A DNA stretch of 64,000 nt, from the NCBI GenBank assembly GCA_034429745.1, contig DAOUFY010000005.1, positions 1,544-65,543 of the forward strand, written 5' to 3'. Below, piece after piece: positions 18,728 through 28,567 of this stretch. Position numbers and translations under genes: made by a program. Source of the stretch: Anaerolineales bacterium (GTDB lineage Bacteria > Chloroflexota > Anaerolineae > Anaerolineales > DRKV01). Numbering within the stretch: the first letter of the stretch is position 1; each line of letters opens with the position of its first letter. The notes below the pieces were generated by a model that had not been told where the DNA came from, searched no databases, and was given only the letters and a program-made list of their open reading frames with translations.

Positions 18728-19176
18728 TTCACCTTCTTGGTTTTCTGGTAATAATTGGCAATATAAATATCATCTTGAAACCGACTTTCTTTGATTTTCA
18801 TTTCCTGCTGAAAAGCTTCAATCGCTTTCTCTTTTAGTATTTCCAGCACCTCTTCATCTTGGCGAGCTTTTACAAGTTCTTGTCTTTTAGCTTCCGTTAG
18901 AGCTTCTAAGCGCACTACTTCTTGCTCTTGATTTTCAATAACTTCAGCTAACATTTCTACATTTAAGCGTAAATGAGATATCTTCACTAAATCAAGTTCA
19001 CCCAACATTGCTTCTTTTAAGTTCTGGATGAGACTGGTTTGTTCTTCTTTCAAAGCAGCTAAACGATTTTTAGCGCTGAGAAGCTCTGCCATTAACCTGC
19101 CCAGTTCAATTTCCAGTGCTTCAACCACACTACTGCGATAATCCAAAACTGCCTGCAAAGAAAATTTTGGCAGCAT
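18724..19176 (-). CDS. fliJ: Flagellar export protein
   Basis: FSLQAVLDYR start, 150-aa coiled coil, directly downstream of fliI. Confidence 0.85.
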   Translation of the reverse strand: MLPKFSLQAVLDYRSSVVEALEIELGRLMAELLSAKNRLAALKEEQTSLIQNLKEAMLGELDLVKISHLRLNVEMLAEVIENQEQEVVRLEALTEAKRQELVKARQDEEVLEILKEKAIEAFQQEMKIKESRFQDDIYIANYYQKTKKVK

Positions 19177-19182
19177 ATTTCA

Positions 19183-20511
19183 CTACCTTTCAGCGCCTAT
19201 CTCTGCTAACATGGTTAACATGTCCTCGAACGCCGTTGTTTCTGAAGGTGTTTGCTGCAAGAAGGCATTGATTTTCGGTAAAGCAGCTAAAGCGCGGTCA
19301 ATATCCGGATCGGAACCGCTGACATAAGCACCAATGTTTACTAGATCGCGCGCTTTTTCGTAAGTCGCCATTAATTTACGCATTTCGCCAGCCCATTTTC
19401 TATGTTCTGGTTTAGTTACAACCGGCATAACACGGCTTATACTATGAAGCACATCAATGGCTGGATAGTGATTGCGCGCAGCTATTTCCCGGCTTAACCC
19501 AATATGTCCATCCAATATACTGCGTACTGAATCGCTAATTGGTTCATTAAAGTCATCACCTTCTACCAATACTGTATATAGCCCTGTGATAGAACCTTTT
19601 TCACCTGTCCCGGCTCGTTCGAGCAGTTGCGGCAATAAAGCAAACACCGAAGGTGTATAACCCTTGCTTGCCGGCGGCTCACCAACCGCCAAACCTACCT
19701 CGCGTTGAGCCATTGCAAAACGAGTTACCGAATCCATCATAAAAATTACATCCAGTCCCAAGTCGCGGAAATACTCTGCAATTGTCGTAGAAACCCAGGC
19801 AGCCTTTAACCGCACCAATGCTGGTTGATCGGATGTAGCGACAACGACCACAGAGCGTTTCAACCCTTCTGCACCCAAATCTCGATCAATAAATTCTGCG
19901 ACCTCACGTCCTCGTTCACCAACCAAACCTATAACATTTACATCTGCACGTGCATGACGTGCCAAACTGCCTAACAAGGTGCTTTTCCCAACCCCGCTGC
20001 CGGCAAATATGCCAATTCGCTGCCCCTTGCCAATTGTAATGAGTCCATCAATAGCTCTTATACCCGTAATCAATGGTTCTTGAATTGGCTTGCGATTCAG
20101 AGGATGTGGTGCATGGGCATAAATAGGCCTAGTGTCTAATAAACCTAAAGGTCCCTTATTATCCAATGGTCGTCCCAATCCATCTAACACTCTTCCCAAT
20201 AAGGGGCGCCCTACTGGTGTACGAAAAACAGTTCGAGTGGGTATAACAGGACTATCTGGCTGTATGCCTTGCATATCACCCAACGGCATCAATATAGTCC
20301 TTTGCTCCCGAAACCCAACTACTTCAGCTAGCAGTGTCTCACCTAAACTTGTATGAATTTCACAGACCTCCCCAATTTGCGAATCCACGCCAACGGCTTC
20401 CACAGTCAACCCAACCACTTGAACTACCCGTCCTGCTAAACGAGCTGTTCGCAGTTGACGGATTGCCTTGCGGTAACGCTCTAATTGTGGAGGAGTTATC
20501 ATTGTTTTCAT
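19183..20511 (-). CDS. fliI: Flagellar export ATPase
   Basis: GQRIGIFAGSGVGKST, GERGREV, DSVTRFAMAQRE and DGHI.LSR motifs. Confidence 0.97.
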   Translation of the reverse strand: MKTMITPPQLERYRKAIRQLRTARLAGRVVQVVGLTVEAVGVDSQIGEVCEIHTSLGETLLAEVVGFREQRTILMPLGDMQGIQPDSPVIPTRTVFRTPVGRPLLGRVLDGLGRPLDNKGPLGLLDTRPIYAHAPHPLNRKPIQEPLITGIRAIDGLITIGKGQRIGIFAGSGVGKSTLLGSLARHARADVNVIGLVGERGREVAEFIDRDLGAEGLKRSVVVVATSDQPALVRLKAAWVSTTIAEYFRDLGLDVIFMMDSVTRFAMAQREVGLAVGEPPASKGYTPSVFALLPQLLERAGTGEKGSITGLYTVLVEGDDFNEPISDSVRSILDGHIGLSREIAARNHYPAIDVLHSISRVMPVVTKPEHRKWAGEMRKLMATYEKARDLVNIGAYVSGSDPDIDRALAALPKINAFLQQTPSETTAFEDMLTMLAEIGAER

Positions 20512-20525
20512 TGCTTAAGCACACC

Positions 20526-21821
20526 CTAAAAACTAAAATTCAGCGGTACTTCATCAGTACCTTCTCCCTCTGGTAAAACCAGCTCTTCTGAGAATCCCTC
20601 AAAGTTGTTGTCATTTGTGATTTCTGCAGAATTTTCATCTACACTCTCAGATCTCTCTAATATATCTTGTTGCTCTTGGTTAGTAAACATTTCTTGAATC
20701 AGAGACGTTTCGTCTTTACTGCTGTCTTCTTTACTCTGAATATCAGTGGGTAAGTGCTTTACTTCATCAATTTTTTGAAGAATCCTATCCAACTTCAAAT
20801 CAACTCGAGCATCTAAACTACCGAAATCCCCCTCTATAACACAACCTCCACGCAAAATATCTTCCGAAGGCAGCCATTCCACTGTGATATTGCGCAGCTG
20901 CTTTTGCTCTTCTAACCATAAATCTCCCAAGACTGCAATGTCTTGCGGATTAGCCCGAATGCGAAGATTTCCCAAAGGTTTTGCCTCTTCGACAGCACGT
21001 TGAAAAGTTTCTTTTAGTACATTTTCTGGCAAAGCTGCACCATTGGCGAAGAGGTTTTCAATAATGGTCTTTACCAATTGAATCACTTCATCTTCACTGC
21101 GCTCTAAGATCAGATCATGGGTTTTTTCCAACCCTTCTATGAGTGATTGAGCAGTTTGGATAAAATGACGAGCCTCTTCACGAGCTGCCTCAAGCCCTTT
21201 TTTTATTGCTTCTTGAGTAATAGCTTCTCTGGATTGATTAGCTTGAAAAATTATTTGTGCCGCTTCAGCTTTAGCCTGCTCAATCCTTTGTTCTGATTCT
21301 GCCTGAGCTTGATTTCTAATTTGTGCTAGATAGACTTCAGCTTCTGCTTTAGCCTGTTCGAGGATTTGTTGCGCCTGATGTTTAGCTTCTTCAAGGATTT
21401 GCTCTGGCAAAATTTGCTCTTCCTCAGGTTCAGCTTCCACACTAAGGTCTTCTTCTTGGGGTTTTTCTTGCAATAGCTCTATCTCAGGCAGATCAAAAGG
21501 TTGCACGTGTATTTCATTACGCTTGAATACAGGAGATGTAGCGGATCCTTTGATCTTTTCAACTAGTACGTTTATAATCCCTTGACGATCCTCACTTAAG
21601 CTAGCTTGCCTTTTCCATATCGAAGCTTTTTCTTGATCGCTTCTTTCTTCAGGTGGAATCCACGTTTGAGGCTCAGTTACCCCTTCGGCATACATCAGCA
21701 ACTCTTCCTCGTCTATGGAAGATTGCGTCGTAAAATCCATAGGCTCCCAGGTATTCACTTGAGGCATCTTATCTTTTTTTATAAGACTAGTAAATGACCT
21801 CAAAGTCGCCTCCTCCACCAT
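20526..21821 (-). CDS. fliH: Flagellar assembly protein with acidic extensions
   Basis: Lies between fliG and fliI; AxxxG repeats and C-terminal GGCVIEGDFGSLDA motif; an alternative ATG exists at 21767. Confidence 0.8.
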   Translation of the reverse strand: MVEEATLRSFTSLIKKDKMPQVNTWEPMDFTTQSSIDEEELLMYAEGVTEPQTWIPPEERSDQEKASIWKRQASLSEDRQGIINVLVEKIKGSATSPVFKRNEIHVQPFDLPEIELLQEKPQEEDLSVEAEPEEEQILPEQILEEAKHQAQQILEQAKAEAEVYLAQIRNQAQAESEQRIEQAKAEAAQIIFQANQSREAITQEAIKKGLEAAREEARHFIQTAQSLIEGLEKTHDLILERSEDEVIQLVKTIIENLFANGAALPENVLKETFQRAVEEAKPLGNLRIRANPQDIAVLGDLWLEEQKQLRNITVEWLPSEDILRGGCVIEGDFGSLDARVDLKLDRILQKIDEVKHLPTDIQSKEDSSKDETSLIQEMFTNQEQQDILERSESVDENSAEITNDNNFEGFSEELVLPEGEGTDEVPLNFSF

Positions 21822-22821
21822 AGATTACAATCTCTTCTGCTTCTTCAAGCTTGCGGACTATTTCAACGATTTTTCGTTGAGCGTCATACACATTCTTTGC
21901 TAATTGAGGCCCTAAGATTTCAATATCCTCCTGCAAATTTTGTCGAGCGCGTTCGGATAAGTTATTGAAAATCTTGCTCAATAAAATCTCTGGGGCACCT
22001 TTGAGCGCAAGAGCTAAATCTGATTTATTTACTTCAGCTAAAATGCGTTGGATAGAGCGATCATCCAACTTTGCTAAATCATCAAAAGTGAACATATTAG
22101 ATCGGATTTCTTCGACCAGTTTTGGATGGGTCGGCATAAGTGCATCAAAAATATTCTTCTGAACACCGCGATCCACCTGGTTAAGCATATCCACTAAGAA
22201 TGTAACGCCACCTGTGGCACGAAAATCCGCCTCTGTGATAACACCTGATAGTTTATGCTTTAGACTGCGTTCAACGACCTCCACTACCTGCGGAGAAACA
22301 CGATCCATTGTAGCTAACCGTAATGTTATATCTATTTGCAGCGCTTGAGGCATATTCGTTAAAATCTCGGCTGCCTGCTTTGAATCTAAATAAGACAAAA
22401 CCAGAGCAATGGTTTGTGGATGCTCATCTTCCAGCATCTTAGCTACCTGCACTGGGTCTGCACTGCGGATGATTTCAAACGATGAAACTTGCTTATGGGC
22501 TGAAATGCGTTCTAGAATTTCGGCTCCACGCCGAGGACCCACCGCTCTGGCAAGCAGCTGTCGAGTATATTCAATTCCTCCTGATACCATTCCCGTACCA
22601 CCTGCAAGCGCCAGAGCATAAGCTTCCTGCAAAGCCTCACGCCGAACATGCGCCGGCAGCCGTGAAGCCTCAGATAATGCAAGCATGACCTTTTCAAGGT
22701 CAGCTTCACCTAAATATTGGAGCACTGAAGCAGCAAGCTCCACCCCCAACGTGAGCAGCAATGCTGTAGCTTTTTGCAAACCCGTTGGGCGTGAGCCAGT
22801 ATCCATTATGTTTGTATCCAT
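21787..22821 (-). CDS. fliG: Flagellar motor switch protein
   Basis: EHPQTIALVLSYL, MFTFDDL..LDDRSIQRIL and ALKGA motifs. Confidence 0.97.
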   Translation of the reverse strand: MDTNIMDTGSRPTGLQKATALLLTLGVELAASVLQYLGEADLEKVMLALSEASRLPAHVRREALQEAYALALAGGTGMVSGGIEYTRQLLARAVGPRRGAEILERISAHKQVSSFEIIRSADPVQVAKMLEDEHPQTIALVLSYLDSKQAAEILTNMPQALQIDITLRLATMDRVSPQVVEVVERSLKHKLSGVITEADFRATGGVTFLVDMLNQVDRGVQKNIFDALMPTHPKLVEEIRSNMFTFDDLAKLDDRSIQRILAEVNKSDLALALKGAPEILLSKIFNNLSERARQNLQEDIEILGPQLAKNVYDAQRKIVEIVRKLEEAEEIVIYGGGGDFEVIY

Positions 22822-22824
22822 GAA

Positions 22825-24573
22825 CTATACTCCCATACGTTCATCTTCTGCCAACCACATTTGGATAATTTCCGCTACACTAGCTGGACTCTCTTCTGCT
22901 AATTGTGTAATTACCTGCTGCATCTGTTGATCTTCTACCGATGGAGCTTCTTCAGCGTACCGTCCTAGTAAATCTGAAAGCTCTAATTCAGCCGGCACCT
23001 CTTCCAAGACATCTGGCTGAGGTAATTCTATCTTGAAAGGCTCCATCTTTTCTTCAAGCTGTGGAGCTGACTCAATACTCATCATCAATTCAGATGGCGT
23101 AGGAGGAAGAGCCTTCATTTCTTGAGCTTCTGTCGGAGGAGTAAGTGCCTCGACCGTCGGAGCAGTTACCGGCTGCAATATAGGCATCCAAGCTGCCTCT
23201 GAAGCCAATTTTAAATTGCGCAGCAACCGCTGCACAAACAACACAACAGCTAAGATAACAAGAATAGCTGCTGCCGCAGTACCTACTTTTATATAAATAT
23301 CCATAAGATTTCTCTCCGCTTCTGCTTTACTTTGCTGCTCTTGATATGTTTTATCGAACTGAAGTGTTTCAACAGCTAGCTGATCACCCCGAGCCTCATT
23401 GATCCCTGCGGCAGCAGCAACGGCTGCTCGCAGTTTTTGTAAATCAGCTTCATCCTCAATTCCATCCACTAGAACTGACATAGATATGTTCTTAATAACC
23501 CCAGGTTTTAACTTTTCTTGGCTTTCCACTACTGAGATTTCATAATTGGTTGTCTCTTCAGACCGGTTATAACCTGCAAACTGATTTTCTTGCAATGTAT
23601 CGGCTACACCAGGAGGTAAATTGGGAATTGCACCCGCCACATTGCCTTGATCTGTTCCATAGGCATCATAGGTTTCTGAAGTCTTTTGGGAACTGCGAAG
23701 AGTGGCTGAATTTGGATCATAGATTTGAGACGTAGTTTGACGCTCAGTCCAATCCAAAGTAACATAAGCTTGAACCACAGCTCGGTTAGGACCTAAAGCT
23801 GAATCGAGCATATTTTGCACTTTATTTTGGAGCTCACGCGAATAAGCCAGTTCCGCTGCGCGGCGGCTGTCTGTTTCGGACACTGCACTGATTGAAGTAT
23901 CCCCCATATTGCCGGCTGAAAGCAAGTTGCCATTCACATCAACCACCACCACGTTTTCTGGTTTAAGCCCTTCAACGCTGCTAGCTACTAAATGTGTGAT
24001 CGAGCGTACCTGCGCCTGATCAATGTGCTGACCTGGCTTTTCTTGAATGGTAACTGAGGCTGTTGTCGGCTGCTGATCTTCAACCAGCAACGCTCGCTCT
24101 GGCGTTACAACATGCACTACCGCTTTCTCCACTGCTTCCAAACTCATAATCGTACGAGCCAGCTCACCTTCCAATGCACGTTGATAGTTGACCCTCTGTG
24201 CAAATTCCGTCATACCCAACGTGCTTTGTCCAAAAATTTCAAACCCAACCGTGCTTCCTTGCGGTAAACCTTCAGCAGCAACTGTCAATCGCACATCATA
24301 CACCATTTCAGATGGCACCAGAATGGTATTGCTATCTTTCAACTGATAAGGAATACCCTTATCCTTCAGACTTTGAACAATCTTTGCGGCATCTTCTTCG
24401 TTAAGTTTGCTGAAAGCAACAACATATGTGGGACGAGTTGCCAAGGCTATAAAAACAGGTATTAATATCAACGCAGAAACCACTAACGTAATCAAGATAA
24501 TGCGTTGAACACGCCCTTGGCGATTCCAGAACGCCGTGAACTGCTCGCGAAGCCGATTAAGTAGCTCGTTCAT
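22825..24573 (-). CDS. fliF: Flagellar MS-ring protein
   Basis: GFEIF......TEF...NYQRALEGELARTI, ASSVEGL.PENVVVVD, two TM segments. Confidence 0.95.
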   Translation of the reverse strand: MNELLNRLREQFTAFWNRQGRVQRIILITLVVSALILIPVFIALATRPTYVVAFSKLNEEDAAKIVQSLKDKGIPYQLKDSNTILVPSEMVYDVRLTVAAEGLPQGSTVGFEIFGQSTLGMTEFAQRVNYQRALEGELARTIMSLEAVEKAVVHVVTPERALLVEDQQPTTASVTIQEKPGQHIDQAQVRSITHLVASSVEGLKPENVVVVDVNGNLLSAGNMGDTSISAVSETDSRRAAELAYSRELQNKVQNMLDSALGPNRAVVQAYVTLDWTERQTTSQIYDPNSATLRSSQKTSETYDAYGTDQGNVAGAIPNLPPGVADTLQENQFAGYNRSEETTNYEISVVESQEKLKPGVIKNISMSVLVDGIEDEADLQKLRAAVAAAAGINEARGDQLAVETLQFDKTYQEQQSKAEAERNLMDIYIKVGTAAAAILVILAVVLFVQRLLRNLKLASEAAWMPILQPVTAPTVEALTPPTEAQEMKALPPTPSELMMSIESAPQLEEKMEPFKIELPQPDVLEEVPAELELSDLLGRYAEEAPSVEDQQMQQVITQLAEESPASVAEIIQMWLAEDERMGV

Positions 24574-24596
24574 TTTCAGTTACCTTTCTAGGGGAA

Positions 24597-24905
24597 TTAC
24601 ACTTGGATTCGTGTAACCTCGCGGTACGCATCAACCAAACGATCGCGAATTGCCATTGCAGCTCGGAAATTGATATCCATCTCTTCAAAAGCGACCATCA
24701 CTTGATGAATATCAACATCTTCACCGCTGATTAGCTTTTTTTCCAGTTGATCACTAGTGGCTTGGCTTTGCTTAAGCGATTCCAGCAGCTCCTTAAAATC
24801 TTGCCCAATTTTATTTATTTCCCCTACTCGTGTTTCTACTTTCGGTTGTGGAGTTGTTGGAGTAACCCCCATTGGGCTAATTCGCGTAATATCCAATTCA
24901 GCCAT
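24597..24905 (-). CDS. fliE: Flagellar hook-basal body protein
   Basis: DIHQVMVA.E......IRDRLVDAYREV.R.QV. Confidence 0.93.
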   Translation of the reverse strand: MAELDITRISPMGVTPTTPQPKVETRVGEINKIGQDFKELLESLKQSQATSDQLEKKLISGEDVDIHQVMVAFEEMDINFRAAMAIRDRLVDAYREVTRIQV

Positions 24906-24927
24906 GATAAACCTCCATCCTCAATAG

Positions 24928-25383
24928 TTACCTGCCAATATCAAGCGAACGCAATGCCATTTGCTTTGCAAAATTGATCACTGCCAAATTGGCTTCATAA
25001 GAACGAGTTGCAGAAAGCATATTGGTCATTTCAACAACCAAATTCACATTAGGGTAAGTAACATAACCATTCTCATCGGCATCTGGATGAGATGGATCAT
25101 AAACCTTCATTCCTTCTCCATCATCAGTGGTGATCTCTGCCACTCGCACCCCACGTTGATCGGTGCTGGAATTTATCGGTTCACCGCGCCTTGCTCGCGC
25201 AAATTTCGGCAGAAAGGCATTTTCCTCGTCTGTCATGAAAACAACGTCTTTTCGTTTATAGGCTCCACCTTCAGCAGTGCGCGTTGTTTCTGCATTTGCA
25301 ATATTATTGGAGATCACGTCCATGCGCAGACGCTGGGCATTTAAGCCCGATGTTCCAATTCGCATTTGATTCCAAAAACTCAT
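24928..25383 (-). CDS. flgC: Flagellar basal-body rod protein
   Basis: SGLNAQRLRMDVISNNIANAETTR, YDPSHPDAD.NGYV.YPNVN, SYEAN motifs. Confidence 0.97.
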   Translation of the reverse strand: MSFWNQMRIGTSGLNAQRLRMDVISNNIANAETTRTAEGGAYKRKDVVFMTDEENAFLPKFARARRGEPINSSTDQRGVRVAEITTDDGEGMKVYDPSHPDADENGYVTYPNVNLVVEMTNMLSATRSYEANLAVINFAKQMALRSLDIGR

Positions 25384-25421
25384 ACGCCAATTCTCCTTCT
25401 ACGTTCATTTGCATAATAGCA

Positions 25422-25454
25422 CACCTGCCCTCAACATTCTGTAAAGGGCAGGTG
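25422..25454. promoter_or_regulatory. 10-bp inverted repeat upstream of flgC (operator or terminator candidate)
   Basis: CACCTGCCCT-N13-AGGGCAGGTG next to a minus-strand TGcTATTAT extended -10 candidate. Confidence 0.45.
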
Positions 25455-25493
25455 AACGCTAGATAAAAAATTTGTTAAACGAAAGAAAAAGCA

Positions 25494-28313
25494 TTATGTT
25501 TTGAATTGACGCACCATATTCTGCAAGGAGGCAGCATTCATCATTAACTGCTCAGCCGCTTTATTTACTTGCTCCACCTGAAGTTTAAACGTTTCCGTCG
25601 AAGATAACACCTCTTCAACCATTGCAGCATTCTCTGCACTAACTTGTGCAACGCTTACTGCCGACTCTTTTACTACGGCAGAACTAGCCAGCATCTCCTC
25701 AGTAGCGGCTGTGTTTTCTTCTACCACTGCACTAACATCAGATATTTTTTCTCCTACTTCATGGCTCAGCTCAACAATCGTATTGGTAATCATCTGATGG
25801 TTTTCTGCAATTTGACTTAACGATATAATCAGCTGCTGCAGCTGTTCACTCAATTGTTGCATCTCATCAGCGGCTTGACTGTTGCGTTGTGATATCTGGC
25901 TAGCTTTACTCGTGGAAAGCAGTAAGTTTTCTTGTTCTTTATACACATTTTGGAGTGCATTCATCACCCCCTTGACCTGCGCTTCAGTTTGAGAAGCATT
26001 GTGAGCAATTCTTTCAAATGAACCGCGGGTTTGTTCAGTACTCTCTACTGCCCTGACCACATCTTCGTTTGTTGCCTGCATGGTCTTCACAGCCTCTTGG
26101 GTATCTTGCTGTACAGCTTGGACAATTTGAGCAATTTCCTTTGTTGCCAAGGCAGATTTCTCTGCCAGTTTACGGACTTCTTCTGCAACCACGGTAAAAC
26201 CACGCCCTTGTTCACCCGCTCGAGCCGCCTCAATAGCTGCATTTAATGCTAATAAATTCGTTTGCGAAGCTATATCTTCAATTGTACTGATAATAGATCC
26301 GATCTGCACTGAGCGTACACCTAGTTCAGCTATTCGTTTAGAAAGTGCATCCGAAGTATATTTCACTCGTTCAATCCCTTGTGCTGTCTGATCTAAATTA
26401 GCTGAACCTTCCTGAACTTCCATTGCGGTATTTGCAATTCCAAGTTGAACTTGTTCTGCCACATCATTCACATAGTGAAGAGTTTCATCCAGCTTCTTGC
26501 CGGCATTTAAAGCTTGCTCCAAACCTAATACTTGCTCCTCTGCCCCAAGACGGATACCTTCAACAGCTTTTGCGAGCAGTCCAATCGCTTCCAAACTTTT
26601 CAAAGCCATATCGCCTTGATTCTTTGCACCAGCATGGATTTCCTTAGCCACTGAATCAAGACGCTGCATTTCTTCCAGGACCTGAGTAAGCATCAGCGCC
26701 TGATTTTGGGCTCCTTGCGCAACACCTTCAATTGCTTTCGTAAGCTGATTGATCGACTCAGTAGTTGCGTTCAGATTTTCATTCTGTTGAATGGTTCCTT
26801 GGGTAATGCTCTCCATAGAACTAACGACTTGATTGATTCCATTTTTGGAACTTTGAACCACCTCTGTCAATTGTTCACCTAATTGAACCAATTCTTGAGC
26901 TTGCACACCAAGCGATTTGATGAGGAGTCTAAGGTTGCTGACCTCCCTATTGTAGGTCGAAATCACTATGCCGGCTTTTCTGCAGCGATTTAATGGTGCA
27001 ATAAAACTGCTATCATCAACTCCAATTGCTGCTGCATCATAACGCTCTTCAATCAACTTTTGGGCAATATGTTCAATTTCTTCCCCAGACTTCATAATTA
27101 TCCAATCTACTTTGCAATTCTTGGAGCGTAATTTTTCAGCTGCAGCTTTCACGCCTGCTTGAAACTGCTCATCGAACTTAATCGGTCTGCCAATAATTGC
27201 TATCTTCAGCGGCTTTGAGGGAAGCACATCCACCGGTATTGCTCTACGTTTTGCCATCTCTTCCGTTTCCAATAACCCTTTTTGTGGGTGCCAATAGCGT
27301 GTGTAATTCTCCTGCGTTACTACGTCAATTGTCGTATAAATAAACTGCGAAGGTGGTTTCCAACCGCTGACTAAATGATTATATAAATAGATTACTGAAT
27401 CATGGCCTTGAGCGTAGGGATCCTGAGACAATACCGCACTGATAACACCTTGGCTGACATATTGCATGGTTTCATCCATTAAGTCATAACCGATAATCTT
27501 CACTTCTCTTGCCTTTTTCATTTCTGACACTACTCGCCCAACCACAGGCGTGCCCGTAGAATCAGTAATATAAAAAGCGGCTAAATCAGGAACTTTATTC
27601 AGCCACTCTCTTACCAACAACTCCGCTTGTTTAGTATCAAAAAAATGCTCTGCTCTTCCAACAATGGATATTTGAGGATATTTATCTCTTAAAACCTGTT
27701 CAAACCCTTTTTCTCTTAATTCTAAGGCGCGTTGATTAAAAAATGCAGTCAAGATGACTACTTTTCCTCTGCCGCCCAATATTTTCCCCATCGTTTCACC
27801 GCAAACCATACCTTCTTGAAAAGATTCAGAACCAATATAAAATAAACGTTCTAGGGGTTCTACGGTCAAGACATTTAACTCTTTAGCAGCTTCATTTACT
27901 TTTTCACCTAATTGTTGGATCGTTGCTGCTAATGTTTTTAAGCGGGAAAGCGGCTTTAGATCAACAGAAGTTGTTCCAACTTCAATTGTTGAGGTAAAAT
28001 CCCCCATCGTTAAGTGAACGAGTGCCTGGATAACGTGTGAAATACCCTGATCTGCAATGCTTCTAGCTATATTATTTAAAAGATTCTCGGAAATATGGAT
28101 TTTTCGCTCATTGAGAAAAATAAACCAGATGCATAAAAGCATGCTGCCCATAGCGCCTAGAAACATCCACGACACACCATTTTTTAAAGAAAACCAGCTT
28201 AATAAAGGCTCATTTTGTGCGAGACGGACGGTACCTACGAGAAAAAACAGTAATGCAATGAAAAAAACAATAAGCGAAAAAGAAAACGGCAAATTTTTCG
28301 AATTTGTTTTCAT
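25494..28313 (-). CDS. Methyl-accepting chemotaxis protein with cytoplasmic circularly permuted type I sugar-binding domain
   Basis: Two N-terminal TMs, HAMP-like segment, PBP-like insert, canonical tip [38 protein letters not shown]. Confidence 0.93.
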   Translation of the reverse strand: MKTNSKNLPFSFSLIVFFIALLFFLVGTVRLAQNEPLLSWFSLKNGVSWMFLGAMGSMLLCIWFIFLNERKIHISENLLNNIARSIADQGISHVIQALVHLTMGDFTSTIEVGTTSVDLKPLSRLKTLAATIQQLGEKVNEAAKELNVLTVEPLERLFYIGSESFQEGMVCGETMGKILGGRGKVVILTAFFNQRALELREKGFEQVLRDKYPQISIVGRAEHFFDTKQAELLVREWLNKVPDLAAFYITDSTGTPVVGRVVSEMKKAREVKIIGYDLMDETMQYVSQGVISAVLSQDPYAQGHDSVIYLYNHLVSGWKPPSQFIYTTIDVVTQENYTRYWHPQKGLLETEEMAKRRAIPVDVLPSKPLKIAIIGRPIKFDEQFQAGVKAAAEKLRSKNCKVDWIIMKSGEEIEHIAQKLIEERYDAAAIGVDDSSFIAPLNRCRKAGIVISTYNREVSNLRLLIKSLGVQAQELVQLGEQLTEVVQSSKNGINQVVSSMESITQGTIQQNENLNATTESINQLTKAIEGVAQGAQNQALMLTQVLEEMQRLDSVAKEIHAGAKNQGDMALKSLEAIGLLAKAVEGIRLGAEEQVLGLEQALNAGKKLDETLHYVNDVAEQVQLGIANTAMEVQEGSANLDQTAQGIERVKYTSDALSKRIAELGVRSVQIGSIISTIEDIASQTNLLALNAAIEAARAGEQGRGFTVVAEEVRKLAEKSALATKEIAQIVQAVQQDTQEAVKTMQATNEDVVRAVESTEQTRGSFERIAHNASQTEAQVKGVMNALQNVYKEQENLLLSTSKASQISQRNSQAADEMQQLSEQLQQLIISLSQIAENHQMITNTIVELSHEVGEKISDVSAVVEENTAATEEMLASSAVVKESAVSVAQVSAENAAMVEEVLSSTETFKLQVEQVNKAAEQLMMNAASLQNMVRQFKT

Positions 28314-28567
28314 TAGGGGTCAACCTCCCAAACCTTTTAGGAGCTTTTGATATATTTTAGCATTACTGCAAATCCCCCCAAAGCATTTTTGCATATATAT
28401 TCAACATTTATATTTATATTCTATTAACACCCAAACAGGAGGCTACATTAGCGCTTGAAAACACCCCAACTCCAATACCGACTAAAACCGCAGCCTTTTA
28501 TCAAGCTACTATATTTCTTTTTCTTCGATTTTACCTAACTTCTTTTTATACGTGGAAACAACTAAAC

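Noticed and set aside
25384-25493. c-di-GMP riboswitch or sigma28 promoter upstream of flgC
   Set aside because: No GEMM GNRA/receptor architecture and no TAAA-N15-GCCGATAA-like match found by eye.
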